From Rhina ancylostomus (taxonomy: Eukaryota): DNA of 64,000 nt. Both the position numbers and the translations under genes were made by a program. The DNA lies in NCBI GenBank assembly GCA_030265395.1, contig JARFYF010000084.1:80552864-80616863 (forward strand). Direction: 5' to 3'. The notes under the pieces are model-generated. The model made no database searches. It was not told the DNA's origin and saw only the letters and a list, made by a program, of their open reading frames with translations. Positions 1 to 12,380 of this stretch are shown here, one piece after another (the stretch's first letter is position 1; each line of letters starts with the position of its first letter).

Positions 1-1072
1 GGCCCATGATGTTGTGCTGACATTTTATCCTGCTCTAAGATCTATCTAACCCTTCCCTCCCACATTGCCCTCCATTTTACTATCATTCATGTGGCTATCT
101 AAGAATCTCTTACATGTCCCTAATGTATCTACCTCCACCACCTCTGCTGGCAGTGCGTTGCACACACCGACCAATCCCTGCATAAAAAACTTGTCTCTGA
201 CATCCCCCCTGTACATTCCTCCAATCACTTTAAAATTGTGCCCCCTCGTGTGAGCCGTCTTCACCCTGGGATAAGTCTCTGACTGTCCACTTGATCTGTG
301 CCTCTTATCATCTTGTACACCCCTAATCCTCTTCCTCTCCAAAGAGAAAAACTCTAGCTCACTCAACCTATCCTCATAAGACATGCTCTCCAATCCAAGC
401 AGCATCCTGGTAAATCTCCTCTTCACCCTCTCTAAAGCTTCCATATCCTTCCTACAATAAGGCGACCAGAACTGAACACAATACTCCCAAATGTGGTCTA
501 ACCAGAGTTTTATAGAGCTTCAACATTACTGGTAGCTCTTGAACTCAATACCCCAACTAATGAAGACCAACACACCATATGGTCTTAAAAACCCTATCAA
601 CCTGTGCAGCAACCTTGAGGGATCTATGGATGTGGACCCTAATATCCCTTTGTTCCTCCATACTGCTAAGAATCCTGCCATTAACTTTGTATTCTGCCTT
701 AAATTCAACCTTCCAAAGTGTAACACTTCACACTTATCCGGGTCGAACTCCATCTGTCACTTCTCAGCCCAGCTCCGCATTCTATCAATATCCTGTTGTA
801 AGCTACAGCAACACTATCCACAACACCACCAACCTTCGTGTCATCTACAAACATAATAACCCACCCTTCCACATCCTCATCCAAGTCATTTATAAAAATC
901 ACAAAGAGCAGGGGTCTCAGAACAGATCCCTGCGGAACACCACTGGTCACCGACCTCCAGGCAGAATACGCTCAATCTATAACCACCTTTTGTCTTTCAG
1001 GAATGAGCCAATTCTGAATCTACACAGCCAAGTTTCCCTGGATCCCATGCCACCTGACTTTCTGAATGAAAG
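1..1072 (-). mobile_element. CR1-clade LINE, 5'-truncated 3' part (RT C-terminus and tail), frameshifted
   Basis: ORFs 705..950, 526..753 and 46..444 give [54 protein letters not shown] and TRGHNFKV, all typical CR1 ORF2 motifs. Confidence 0.93.
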
Positions 1073-2599
1073 ATAGTGAGGGACCTCTAACTTGATCCCT
1101 ATGGCTGCAAAGAATTCAAGCCTAATTGAGTCAACTTGGTATGGGCAGCACTAAAGTTGAGTAATCATAGGCTCCCTGGTGAGTGTTCAGGGAGTGCAGG
1201 AACAGAGGCCCCAGCAAGTGCTCATGTGACAGGAACCAGGGACCTGGTGAGTAGAAAAGGAAAGGGGAAACTGGGGGCACTCTGAGCAGGAAGAGTGTGT
1301 GGGGATTGGGGACTGGCGGAGTGGAAATTGCAAACATCACTTGGTGAGCCAGATGTCAAATTACATGGATTTCCAAATGATTGGAAAGCAGATTATTGGA
1401 GTTTCTCTGTTTTCAATTGCAGGAAATAAACTTAGAAAAATTATATTGCTAGATCCATCTGTGTATCATATGTCACAGAATTAGTTTCAACTTCAAACTA
1501 TTGACTTTTATTTGTCAGTATTACAATGGCTAAAATTTAATTGATCTTTCAGAGTTGGCACATGGCCTCAGCTGTCACTGCTGCCAAGGGGATACTAATG
1601 GATTACAAAATGCATTTTATGCTGATGCAGTGAGTCACTTTCACAGAAGCACTGATAAATGAATGCACGGAGGAGGTGACCCAAAAGATTCCTGTCAAAT
1701 TATGAAGCTATTTGATGGAGACTCTTCTACTCGTGGGCGAGTCTAAAGGTAACGGTCATAAATATAAGATGGTTACAAACAAATCTAATAAAGGAATTCA
1801 GGAGAAGCTTCTTCATTCCAGGAAATGGAGAGAAGATGGAGCTCATTTCCACCCAAAGGTGTCCAAGAGGGTTTCCACAAGGGAGAAAGGGGCAGAATGA
1901 AAAACAGCAAGATTTAGGTGTTTGGCTGACAGGAAACCTGTGAAGCAGAAATACTGGTGTAAATCTGTGGCCAGTCACAGTGCTATAAAATTCTGTCATT
2001 CCATTCAACTGCAATCACGACACTGACTTAAGTAGCTTGATGTAGCAATGACTCTAGTTTTGATAACTGAATAAATTACGCAAATACAATGCTTCTGAGC
2101 ATATAGCCAGTGCTGTAAACAGAAATAGGAGTAGATCATTAAGACCCTGCAGCCCACTCCACCATTTAATTAGATCATGACTTTTCTGCATCTTAATTTA
2201 GTTCACCCATAAAGCTCCATATCCCTTAACAACTTTACACGACAAATATCAACCTTGGCCTTAAGGGCCTGTTCAGAATTGGGGGCAAAAGAATTCCAGA
2301 TGGTGCTGTTCATCTCTGTGGAAAAATGCTTCCTAATTTCCAGTGTTTAATGTCCTGGTGCTAATTTTAATATTAGAGCCCCTCAACATCAATTCCTCCT
2401 CCAGCAGAGATAGTTTCTCTCTATCTACTCCATTTAATTCTCTTTTCCTGAAACATTTCAATCAGATCATACAACAGCTTTTATAAAAATGAATACAAGT
2501 CACACATCTGTATTATTCCAGTGATCACTTCACAGCCAATAAATGGTTCCCAAGGTGTGGTGCCCCAGACTAAATGGAAATGGACATAGAAATCTAAGA

Positions 2600-2806
2600 A
2601 CTGAAGACTGGAAATCTAAAATATAGACATAAAATGATGGAAAATGCAGATCAGGCAGCACTGGCAGAAAGAGAAAAAGAGTTAATATTTTGGGTCGGAG
2701 AAACTTTGTCAACAGAAATTGCTGACACTGGTCTTTGACCTTAATTCTATTTCTCTTTCCATGGATGCTGCCTGACCTGCTGAGTGTTTCCAGCATTTTT
2801 TGTTTT
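2600..2806. repeat. Penelope-type terminal sequence arranged as an inverted repeat
   Basis: tcaggcagca (2651-2660) pairs with tgctgcctga (2766-2775); 2667-2685 pairs with 2741-2759 at 17/19. The motif gatgctgcctgacctgctgagt recurs at the Penelope-like ends elsewhere in the window. Confidence 0.65.
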
Positions 2807-2964
2807 AGTCCAAATGGAGTTTAAAACAGGTTCTGAATAATTAAGCCACAACTTCCCCTACTTCCTGCATTGCATTCCAAAGATGTTCACATGATATCAG
2901 TCAGGGGTGAAACAATCTATGATGTTGGCATTAACAATGAAAGAGATTAAATAACAGGTCTTAC

Positions 2965-3069
2965 CCTAATGTAAGCATCCTGGTGATGCTTGGCAAAGTA
3001 CAGCATGTTGTCAAGGGCCAGCATTCCTGGTGGGGTCTCGGTAAAATCCATGGCAGGATTCACATGATT
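2965..3069 (-). CDS. ELMO1: ELMO1-type coding exon (exon 14 equivalent, ELM domain), 105 nt
   Basis: cccttctctag|AAT CAT GTG...ATT AGG|gtaaga, reading [35 protein letters not shown]. Confidence 0.96.
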
Positions 3070-3981
3070 CTAGAGAAGGGAGAGGTAAAGAAAATAGTTT
3101 ACACAGAGGGTAGCAGTTCACAAATAAGCAGATTTTCACTGCCTTGATGAAGAGCAATCACAATTATGATTAGTCAAGGAGATTGCATTCACTCTGAAAT
3201 TAAAGTAGCACAGAAACAGAACCTTTGCCCCACTGTTCTAATTACGACGACATGAAAGAGCAATCAGACCCACTCCTTTGTCCTTTCCCTACAGCCATGC
3301 AATAATTCCTCTTCCAGTTCTAGAATCCCCCTTTAACGCTTGGTATCGATCTCCTTCAAGAAAGCGGGTCCAGAAGTTGGCTGGAAGTTAATATTAGTCA
3401 TGGTCAAAGTGGTCTCTCTTATCTAAGCATGGTATCTGGATCCAAATGTGACCCTGGATCTAGTTTTGGTTACCCAGAGTTGCCCAGAATTCAATATTGA
3501 GTCCAGAAGGCAGCAACCTGCTCAGGTGGAAGATGAGGTGCCGCTCTTCAGTCTTGTATTGGGCCTCACTGTAATGGCACGGGAAGCCACAGATAGCAGG
3601 TTAGAGCAATGGAGAAGCGAAATGACAGGCAGCCGGAAGTACTGAGTGACTCCTGTGTACTGAACACATGTGCTCTGCAATGCAATCACCCGATCTGCTT
3701 TTGGTTTCTTCTACATAGAGGAGATTTTAACTGGGGCTCTTTCTGGATAACTGTCAGGAGGAAGGGAAAATCAGAGAACACTGAAAGGCCACACTTGCAT
3801 TTCTATGGCACCATGACTTCAGAACATCACGAAAATGGCTTTTACACAGAGAACTCAATTTAATATGCAGGCATTGATGTCAATGGGAAATGAAGCAGCC
3901 AATTTGCATGCAGCAAATGCCCTACAAACAGCAATGTAAAAATGCCCACACGATCTATTTTGGTCATGTGGGTTGAGTCAG

Positions 3982-4275
3982 AGTCATAGAACAATATAGC
4001 ACAGGCCCTAAGGCCCAACCAGCCCATGCCAACCACAGTGTCCACTCAGCTAGTCCCAATTTTCTGCAATCAGCCCATATCTCTCTAAGCCCCATCCCTC
4101 CATGTACCTATCCAAGTGCTTCTTAAATGATACTATTGTACCTGCCTCAACTACTTCCTCTGGCAGCTCATTNNNNNNNNNNNNNNNNNNNNNNNNNNNN
4201 NNNNNNNNNNNNNNNNNNNNNNNNNNNNNNNNNNNTCACCCTCAATCTAAGGCCGTTAGTTTTGGACTCCCTTAC
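3982..4275 (-). mobile_element. CR1 LINE 3' tail fragment containing an N gap
   Basis: Same tail motifs as the copy at 1-250 (actacttcctctggcagctcatt; gtcatagaac...cacaggcc). Confidence 0.75.
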
Positions 4276-4371
4276 CCTGGTGATAAGAAGGGGGAGAGAG
4301 AGTGGGAGAGTGAGGGACAGCCTGCAAGTGTCGCCTTGCTTCCGGTGCCAACATAGCATGTCCATGAATTT

Positions 4372-4535
4372 CTAACCCGTACGTCCTTGGAATGTGGGAG
4401 GAAACCGGAGCACCCAGAAGAAACCCATGCAGACACGGGGAGAATGTACAAACTCCTTAAAGACAGCAGCCAGAATTGAACCCGGGTCACTGGTGCTGGA
4501 ATAGCGTCACACTAACCACCTGCTACACTGCCATG
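4372..4535 (-). mobile_element. tRNA-derived V-SINE (HE1-like)
   Basis: Minus strand reads a B-box-like GGGTTCAATTC followed by the V core GGAGTTTGTACATTCTCCCCGTGTCTGCATGGGTTTCTTCTGGGTGCTCCGGTTTCCTCCCACA. Confidence 0.85.
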
Positions 4536-5675
4536 CCTGCTATGTGACGAGTCATATTTTGGCATATTTATCATTATTTGAACTCTATGGAAAGAATTTT
4601 AAGAAGGCCTTTGAATCCAGGTCTGGTAAGGAGAAAGGGAAAAACAGAACACAAATGGAGCAGGAAAAAAAAAGACAGAAAAGTGAAATATGGAAGAAAC
4701 TACATTTTTCAAAATCTCCAACAACTTAAGCCTGATACTTACCGAAGTTATTCCCATCCCCTACCCTGCTCCTGAGGCAGAGTGACAATAATTACAAATG
4801 ATCAATTAAAAGGGCATTTAAACTTAACTTGATGTGGCAAGTTTGGTTTGGGTTTACAATGCAAATGCTGGATTGCCACACTATTCCATGCATTTCGATC
4901 ATGAGATGATATTTCAGTCAGGCTGAATGCAGAGAGCCATAAGTTGGACAGCTTTCAGACTTGGTTTAACTGCATATCTGCCTCTCATCTGAAGCTGTAG
5001 TGCCATTTACTTATCAATAATGGAGAGAGCCATTAGGTTCACAGTTATTTTGGCAGCAAATCCTAGCCCAATGAGACTCTTAATCATATAAAAGTGGCTT
5101 AAGTCTCTGAATTATTTAAAAGCCATCACAAAAAGAAGTCATGCATTAGCAGAAATAAAAGTGACAAAAACAGGAAATAGATCAAAAGTTGTGACAACTA
5201 TTAAAAGTTGGAAATTGTTTTACAACTCTGTTTGTTTTGAGGCTCTCTTTCCCTGAGTCATCATATTCCCAGCTTAATTCCAAAAATTTTAACAATGCAA
5301 TTCTCATTACTTCTTACTGAAAACAGTAAAATGTCAACAACAAAAATCCGAAAATGTCAAATACATACTTCAATTTCTTGTTCATTTCACTGGAAAAGGT
5401 CAAGCATGCAATTTCAAATATTAACTCTAATGGCTTTTACAGAGCTGCACAGAAGGGTCAAAGTTCCTTGTTCAGGATTTTTAAAGATCAAGCCTCAGAA
5501 TTTAAAGATATGTAAGCAGCTCAAGAAATAATTTTACAAGCATCACTTCCCACATCAACAGTTTAAATCAAAAACCAGCCATGAATCTGGGCACATGCTT
5601 CAATTATGGTTTAGCGGGAACACTCCCAACATCAGAAAGTCATGGGTTCTGGGCCCCCACTAAACACATAAAAAC

Positions 5676-5916
5676 TTTATTTATACAGCACGGTAACAGG
5701 CCCTTCTGGCTTGATGAGTCTGTGCTGCCCAATTACATCCAAGTTAATCTACTAACCCGTACGTCTTTGGGACGTGGGAGGAAACTGGAGCACCCAGAGG
5801 AAACCCAGGCAGGCACAGAGGGAACATACAAACTCCTTACAGACAGCTGTGGGAATTGAACCTTGATTGCTGGTGCTGTATTAGCGTTACGCTAACTGCT
5901 ACACTACCTTACTGCC
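5676..5916 (-). mobile_element. V-SINE (HE1-like) with CR1-derived tail
   Basis: Core gtgggaggaaactggagcacccagaggaaaccca...caaactccttacagacag closely matches 4372-4535; tail tacagcacggtaacaggcccttc. Confidence 0.85.
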
Positions 5917-6210
5917 CTTATGTTCCAAATTAAACTGACACTTCAGTCAGAGGTGATTTCTTTCAAATGAGGTGGTAAACCATGGCACCATTTGCACTTG
6001 CAGGAAGATGCCAGGGATCTCACCAGACTATTCAAAGCAACACAGAAGATATCCATCTACCTCCAACCACCCGTCCTCATCACAAGGCCAATATTTAGTC
6101 CCCAAATAACCTCACCAACACAGATTATTTGGTGCCTATTTCATTGTTATTTGTAGCATCTCATTGTGCACTCAATGGCTACCATGTTTTCTTACACAAC
6201 AATAGCAACT

Positions 6211-6412
6211 ATGGAATGAGCTGCCAGAGGAAGTGGTTCAGGCAGGTACATTTACAACATTTAAAAGGTACTTGGACAGGTACAAGGATAGGAAGGGTAA
6301 GAAGGATATGGGCCAAATGCAGGCAAATGGGTCTAGCTTAGCTAGGAATCTTGGTCGGTATGGACCAGTTGGGCCAAAGGGCCTGCTTCCATGCTGTATG
6401 ACTATGACTCTA
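6211..6412 (+). mobile_element. CR1 LINE 3' tail
   Basis: tggaatgagctgccagaggaagtggt...acaacatttaaaaggtacttggacagg...gggccaaagggcctg...ctatgactcta. Confidence 0.85.
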
Positions 6413-8469
6413 TAAACTACTATTCAAAAATACTTTTTGTTGGCTCCTAACCTCTTTGGGACATCCTTTGATTTCAAAAGTCAAACTGCCTTTTTCCTAC
6501 AAACTGCTGAGGAATTAAAGATCAGTAACGTATAGGGGACCAAAATGTGTAAAGCTACACAGAGGATTGGAAGTGGCAGCCAGTATAGGCTGGGGGAAAT
6601 AAAAAATGGTGTTCAGAATTGCATTAAACTCAGGCCTATGATGGATAAAAGAAGTTAGCCACAGAAATGAAAGAGCACCAAATTAACCAGGATTAATGCA
6701 AATCTACACTTTGAAGCCCAAAACACATGAAATGTGCAGGCAATTGTTAGCGACATAAACATTAGGAAGTGTCCTTTTATCCCTGACAGTGATATTTATG
6801 ACCCTGCACACAATTTTAAGCCCAAGGCAATGCTCGTGGTTGTTCCCAACTCATTTCTTACTGTAATAGTTGCCTTATTCCACACACCTTTAGGATCTTT
6901 TCATGGCCACTAAGCAGGTACATGACCCATAGTCAAAGAAAGAAGGAAGTTGCATTTTTGTCAATTTACATGAGAACAGCCAGTTCAGAATGACTCCTTT
7001 TCTTAATGTTGCTACCCTAGCCTCAGTGCATGGATCCAAACATCATGAGTACATCACAAGGACAAGGCAATTATTGGTGAGGTAAACATTGGAAGTTCTC
7101 CCTGAAACTACATCCTGGTAAGAGCTCTCACCTTCAAGAGAATAAAAGGCAGGGAAAGAAAACATGCAAACTGGTATCCCATTCCTATTTCTGGGCAAAA
7201 TGGCAATAGCAGCTTCACAGGTGTTTTTAACTAATCTCACATATGAACAGGCAGAGTTAAAACCAACTAAATCCAGGATTGAAGAAACAAAAGCAATNNN
7301 NNNNTGATGCAAGACCATCCATCAAAGAAGCTTTGTGCAAAAAGAAGCGGACACCTATGCACAGTGTGATGTTGGACATTGCTCCTTTCTACTACAAGTG
7401 GCACACTGAAAAATAAGACACAATGACCTTAGGGTATTTGTGAACACTATTCATACTCCAGGAGCTTTTACCTAACACAAAAATTAATCTCCTAATAACA
7501 CGAACTCACTCAGAAAAGCAGTTGCATTAATGTATTACCAAAGGGCCTTTGATTTGTTAATAAAAATCACAGTCCATGAAAAACTAACAGCATTGTTTAA
7601 TAGTGAAATTGAAGCTGCTGGTAATTTATAATATGGATTATTAAAAAACATATGCAAAGAAGTTAAAATAATCAGCACACTGGAGGGAAATGATGAAACA
7701 TAATTAAGGAAGATTTAGCTGGCAATACAGAAAATAAATCCTTATAACCACAACAGAACAGTGGAATATTTCACAATGCAAGGAAAAAAATGCACCTTAT
7801 AATTATAGATAAGTAGAGCTAATTTATTCATGGAAATGAATCTGAATTAATTTGGGATTCAAAGCCATAATGATAATTGCTCAGAATTCAAAAGTTCAAG
7901 GAGGCATGAAGCTAGAATATTTCTATTACTTGAGCAAAACTATTTTAAATTTAAATTGCTTTATTGTCAATTCCTTCCATGCCAAGAGCCAATGATCTCA
8001 TCCAGCACCATAGATGTAATGAATCATCTGGGAAGATGCAGTGCTTTCTGTTCTGTATAAATGATGATTGGCCTATTTGTAGATGTGATCCAACCATGTC
8101 AAACTTGGCCAAAAAGCTTGGTCTTCGAAGGTAGTTTGCAACCAAAACACACACCTCCCTGAGTCTAACACAATGGATTAAATAAGTATTGACTTATAAC
8201 ACACAGACAGGAAATGATTTTGTGTTAAACAAAACAGGATTGGGAAAAGAAATTGGTATATAAATAAATATAATTAATTATCTGGTTTCAGCACCATTAT
8301 CAATCCACCTTCAAAGATCAGGAACTGTTCCCTATCCTAGTTTCAATTTGAAGAGAATTCTGATCAATGCAGTGTGAGTTGGAAAAGAGGATTCTGAGAA
8401 AAAGTACTCTTAAAATAACGTTATGTTTCTCCCTCTTGCAGTGTTTCCTCAGTGAATGAGTGAACTTAC

Positions 8470-8576
8470 AATGAAGCCCAGTTTTTTATAATCTCTGGTA
8501 TACATAGATTTTCGTTTCTCAANNNNNNNNNNTCGAATGCAATCCTACGTAGTTCAAATATGATGTCTCTTTGGGC
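8470..8576 (-). CDS. ELMO1: ELMO1-type coding exon (exon 13 equivalent), middle lost in an N gap
   Basis: tgtttttcag|GCC CAA AGA... reads AQRDIIFELRRIAF(D); N gap at 8523-8532; then EKRKSMYTRDYKKLGFI|gtaagt. Confidence 0.94.
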
Positions 8577-9751
8577 CTGAAAAACAAAGCAGGAAGGAGA
8601 CCATCAATTAAACAGAATTGGATGAAAGTAATGGGTGTGAGATCAGCTGTGCAATCCATCAAAGGACATTTCTCTACAATCTAACTCCTGTGAGATTACC
8701 TTTTGCACCCTTCTCCAAGTGCTGTAAATTGGCTTTCATTATGTCTCAGAAGACTAACAAGGCCAAAACAGTATAGCAAAAGCTGATTTCACCAACCCTG
8801 ATGTATTCACATTATCAGGTACTAAGTACTCTGACTTAAATTTACTTGCTAAGACACACTTACCAAACTAAAACATTTCAGCGTTGAATGTGATGGAGTT
8901 CTCTTTTGGATATCAGCTTTAAGCACTCCCCAAGTCACACAGGGTGACTGCAGCTAGTCAGCTTGTGCCAAAGCAGTACACAGGATCCTACATGATCTTC
9001 CTGAATAACAGGGAAGGCTCAAGGAATCAAATAGCCCACTCCTGGTAATAAGTTCTGAGGAAAATCTGTTGTAAGAGTGCAGTGCCCACTTGAAATTGTA
9101 TTGAAAAAGCTTAAATTCTCTTTTTCAGCAAGAGAAAGACACCTGTACATTAGTGCATGATGGATGAAGCCCAGGCCTAAATAATGTTTTAACTTGTTTA
9201 CCACTGCACCATCAAATTAATGTTGTCAACTGACAAGAAATGCAACAAACTCTAACCAGACACAAGATTGAGGGCTACAGAAAAAGTGTGCCAATTAAAG
9301 ACTTAGGAAATGAATTAAAATGACAAGCACTGATTATAAATAATAACAAACAGAAGTAATCCATTATAAAGGCTGTTATTCAACATGGAACACACGCAAA
9401 ATCATTCAATTAGTCCTTATTATCAGAGTGCTCGATTACAACTTGGTAATCGCTACCCACTGTGAAATGTGATGGCGAACTCCTCAAGAAGGGGAAGTTA
9501 TTCTTATTTCTCAGGACAGCTGGAAATGAATGACAAACATCAGCCATGCCAACATTGCACCATTTCAGAGAATGAATAATAAAAAGATGAACTGCATATG
9601 AAGACTGCAGAAACAAAATGAATTCTAAACCAGTTGCAGCAGCCCAAAGAACAAGGCTCTTGGAAGCTGGTGCAATGAGGAGGCTTCCAAATAAAGCACG
9701 CGTTGGCAGCAAATGACACAGAGCTAGGTAAACTTGTGTTGCATATCACTG

Positions 9752-10222
9752 TACTAGAACAGTACAGAACAGGAATAGGCCTTTCAACCTACCATGTCTG
9801 TGTCATCCATGATGCCAATCTAACTAATCCTATCTGCCTGCACATGGTCCATATCCTTCTATTCCCTACCTGTTCGTGAGTCCACTAAATGCCTCTTTAG
9901 GTGTTGTTATTGTATCTGCTTCTACCACCTCCCCTGGCAGTGTGTTCCAGACTCCTACCACTCTCTGTGGGGGGGGGGGGGAATGCTTGCNNNNNNNNNN
10001 TCACAATTTTATAAATTTTTATCAGGTTGTCCCTCAGCCTCTGACGCTCCAGAGAAAACAATCCAAGTTTGTCCAACCTCTCCTTATATGCTCTCCAATC
10101 CAGACAACATCCTGGTGAGCCTCTTCTGCATTCCTCCAAAGCCTCCACTGCACACAATGCTCCAAACATAGTCTAACCAAAGTTTTATACAGCTGCAACA
10201 TGACCTGCTAACTTTTATACTT
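9752..10222 (-). mobile_element. CR1 LINE 3' fragment, ending about 35 nt from the exon 12 donor
   Basis: [28 protein letters not shown] in ORF 9897..10169, plus CR1 tail motifs. Confidence 0.85.
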
Positions 10223-10257
10223 TCATAATTATAGACATATATATGAAAAATACTCAC

Positions 10258-10380
10258 TTGATCCTGCGGATCCATCTTCGTCATCATTCGATCTTCCAAA
10301 AGATTAAAAGTCAGCACTTGGAGGACATACAGCTGGTGAGCCATTTCAGTCTGAATGCTTCGGTTTCCGCGAATAACATG
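10258..10380 (-). CDS. ELMO1: ELMO1-type coding exon (exon 12 equivalent), 123 nt
   Basis: ctttgcaacag|CAT GTT ATT...GAT CAA|gtgagt, reading [41 protein letters not shown]. Visible inside ORF 10084..10389. Confidence 0.96.
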
Positions 10381-11097
10381 CTGTTGCAAAGAAAGAATTT
10401 CTGTTCAGGACTGTATCAACAATCCACTCATAGCCCATCCTCATTTACACACCCACTGGCTATGTAACCAAGAAAGACAAGGCATGATTTGTATATAATA
10501 ATACTTGCTGTTCTACTAAGTTTTTAAAATTCTGCTTTAACTAATTTCTTTCCTTTTCACCTGGGTGTACTGATCCACTGTATGATGGGTCAATGCGGTC
10601 TGTTCGCCTTCTGGTATTTCAGCCAAGTAGGCATTTTCCTTCTGAGCTGGATGGTGAGTGCTGCCGAGCTGTCCAAATGCAGAGGGCAACAAAATCTAAC
10701 CTAGAAACAACCCTCCAGCTTCCCAGCAGAGGCCACTAAATAGTGCTCAGGAACAAGATGCCTGAGAAACTTTGCCCTACACCAGTCTTAGTGCACTGAA
10801 GCCAACTGTTGCTTTGTCAAACACCACGCACAATGAATAAAACCTGGCCTTTACCCTGTTAGAGTACATCATAAACTGTAAATTGCTTTAAAGTGACCGT
10901 AGGTCATAAACCTCACTATATTAATGAATACTTTGATTTCCTTCCATCCAAAATTCATTCTTTAGTGTGCCCGTGAAACTATTTCAGATTAGATCATCAA
11001 AATGGAAGATTTTTCTATTTTTGAATTACTCTTAAAGGAAGTGGAGGATACTAGTTTGTCACGTGTTGGGATCCAAAAGAGACCAATGATGATAATA

Positions 11098-11262
11098 ACA
11101 CACATAAAATGCTGTAAGAACTCAGCAAGTCTCCTGATGAAGGGTCTTGACTGGAATCATCAACTGTTTATTTCTCTCCATAGGTGTTGCCTGTCCTGTT
11201 GAGTTCCTCCAGCATTTTGCGTGCGTTGCTCCAGATCCCAGCATCTGCAGAACCTCTTGCAT
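11098..11262. repeat. Penelope-type terminal inverted repeat with degenerate hammerhead-like core
   Basis: aaaatgctgtaagaactcagca pairs imperfectly with tgttgagttcctccagcatttt; the loop contains CTGATGA-agggtc-tt-gact-ggaatc. Confidence 0.6.
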
Positions 11263-11749
11263 CTCCGACGACAATGACAAGAATGCTCAGCCAACAGACC
11301 AACTCATCTCAAATGTTATGGGTCATTTAAAAAAAATCTCTTCAATTAAGTGGATAGAATGTTAAACACTAAACAAGAAACCTGCACTAGAAAATTAAAA
11401 TTATATTCTTTTGAAGTCTCATGTTTTTACAGGTTATATCCTAAATTGTCCAAGATAATGAATATTAATTAGATGAGCAAGTGTTTTTGTATTTCAAGAG
11501 AGCAGCAATGAACATTTTATATTTTTCAGCTCTAGTAGTTACCGAGTAAATGGCCTGTAAAATTAGATAATTTGGGATCAAACCTTCCGTGAAAGCAAGA
11601 TTATAATTTGCCTAATTTTAATTTTCTGGAGTAGGCTTTTTTCCCCCACCAGCGTTCAATATTCTGACCTCTATTTCAAGAGAATTATAAATAAAAAGAC
11701 TTGTAGGCAGACTTGGGATGAACTTTTTGCCCACAGAATAACACTGAGG

Positions 11750-12380
11750 TCATTGATGAAGAACCTGAAGATCGCGGTACCAAAGACACTGCCCTGAGTA
11801 ACTACTGCACAATATCATGTAGGTGAGATAGTTGACTTTCAACAAACATAACAATCTCTGTCAATGCAAAGTATGTACCTGGTCAGTAAGGAGGTTTCAC
11901 CTGATACCCACCAGTTCAATTTTACTTGGACTCCTTGATGACACACTCAGTCTTGAGCGCAATTACTCTCATCCCTAAAAATGTCTCTGTCGTCTATCTT
12001 AGTTCCAACTATTACAGCCGCAGCCCTAAGGACTTGTGGTGGAAGCATCAGTGAGCAAGTTACTGGTGATAGAGGTACTACTTGATAACACTGATGACAC
12101 CTTCCATCACTTTGCCAATGTTTAACGGTCAACCTATTGGGCTGGATTGGGTTTGCCCTGAAATTTTCCATATTGTCAGGTAAAATGCAGTGTAATAACT
12201 GTAATGGATCAGTTTGGCTAGAGGCATGGAAAACGTTGAGCAAAATTTATAGCTGGACAGTTGCATGGTCTCATAGCTTTTGCTATATTCGGGACTCTAA
12301 GCAATTTCTTTACATCACGTGCAGTGAAATCAAATTGGCTGGAGACTGACTGTAGTAACAATAGGGACCCTCAGGCAGAA
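11750..12380 (-). mobile_element. Old non-LTR retrotransposon RT fragment (same family as 38200-39430)
   Basis: ctccttgatgacacactcagtc and cactgccctgagtaactactgca align by eye to the RT motifs at 38420-38600. Confidence 0.55.

Larger units (their letters stand above)
5610..6465 (+). mobile_element. Old Deu-SINE (SacSINE1-like), split by two younger insertions
   Basis: Head tcagaaagtcatgggttc at about 5630; body ggccaatatttagtcccc...cagattatttggtgcctatttcattgtt at about 6085-6150; tail ctttgggacatcc at about 6455. Confidence 0.55.

Noticed and set aside
1073-2964. Next ELMO1 exon (IVLENSSREDKHECPFG-like)
   Set aside because: Not found by eye in this interval; it presumably lies left of the window.
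4500-4535. tRNA-like promoter boxes here and at about 5900, 21580 and 32690
   Set aside because: Each leads directly into the V-SINE core, so these are SINE heads, not tRNA genes.
8470-8576. ELMO1 copy as a pseudogene
   Set aside because: The only frame break coincides with an N gap; the other nine confident exons are open, in phase and have valid splice sites.
10084-10389. ORF joining the ELMO1 exon to downstream CR1 sequence, resembling a fusion protein
   Set aside because: It is read-through past a strong CAA|gtgagt donor into an intronic CR1 fragment that is largely out of its coding frame. Nothing in the sequence supports a real fusion.
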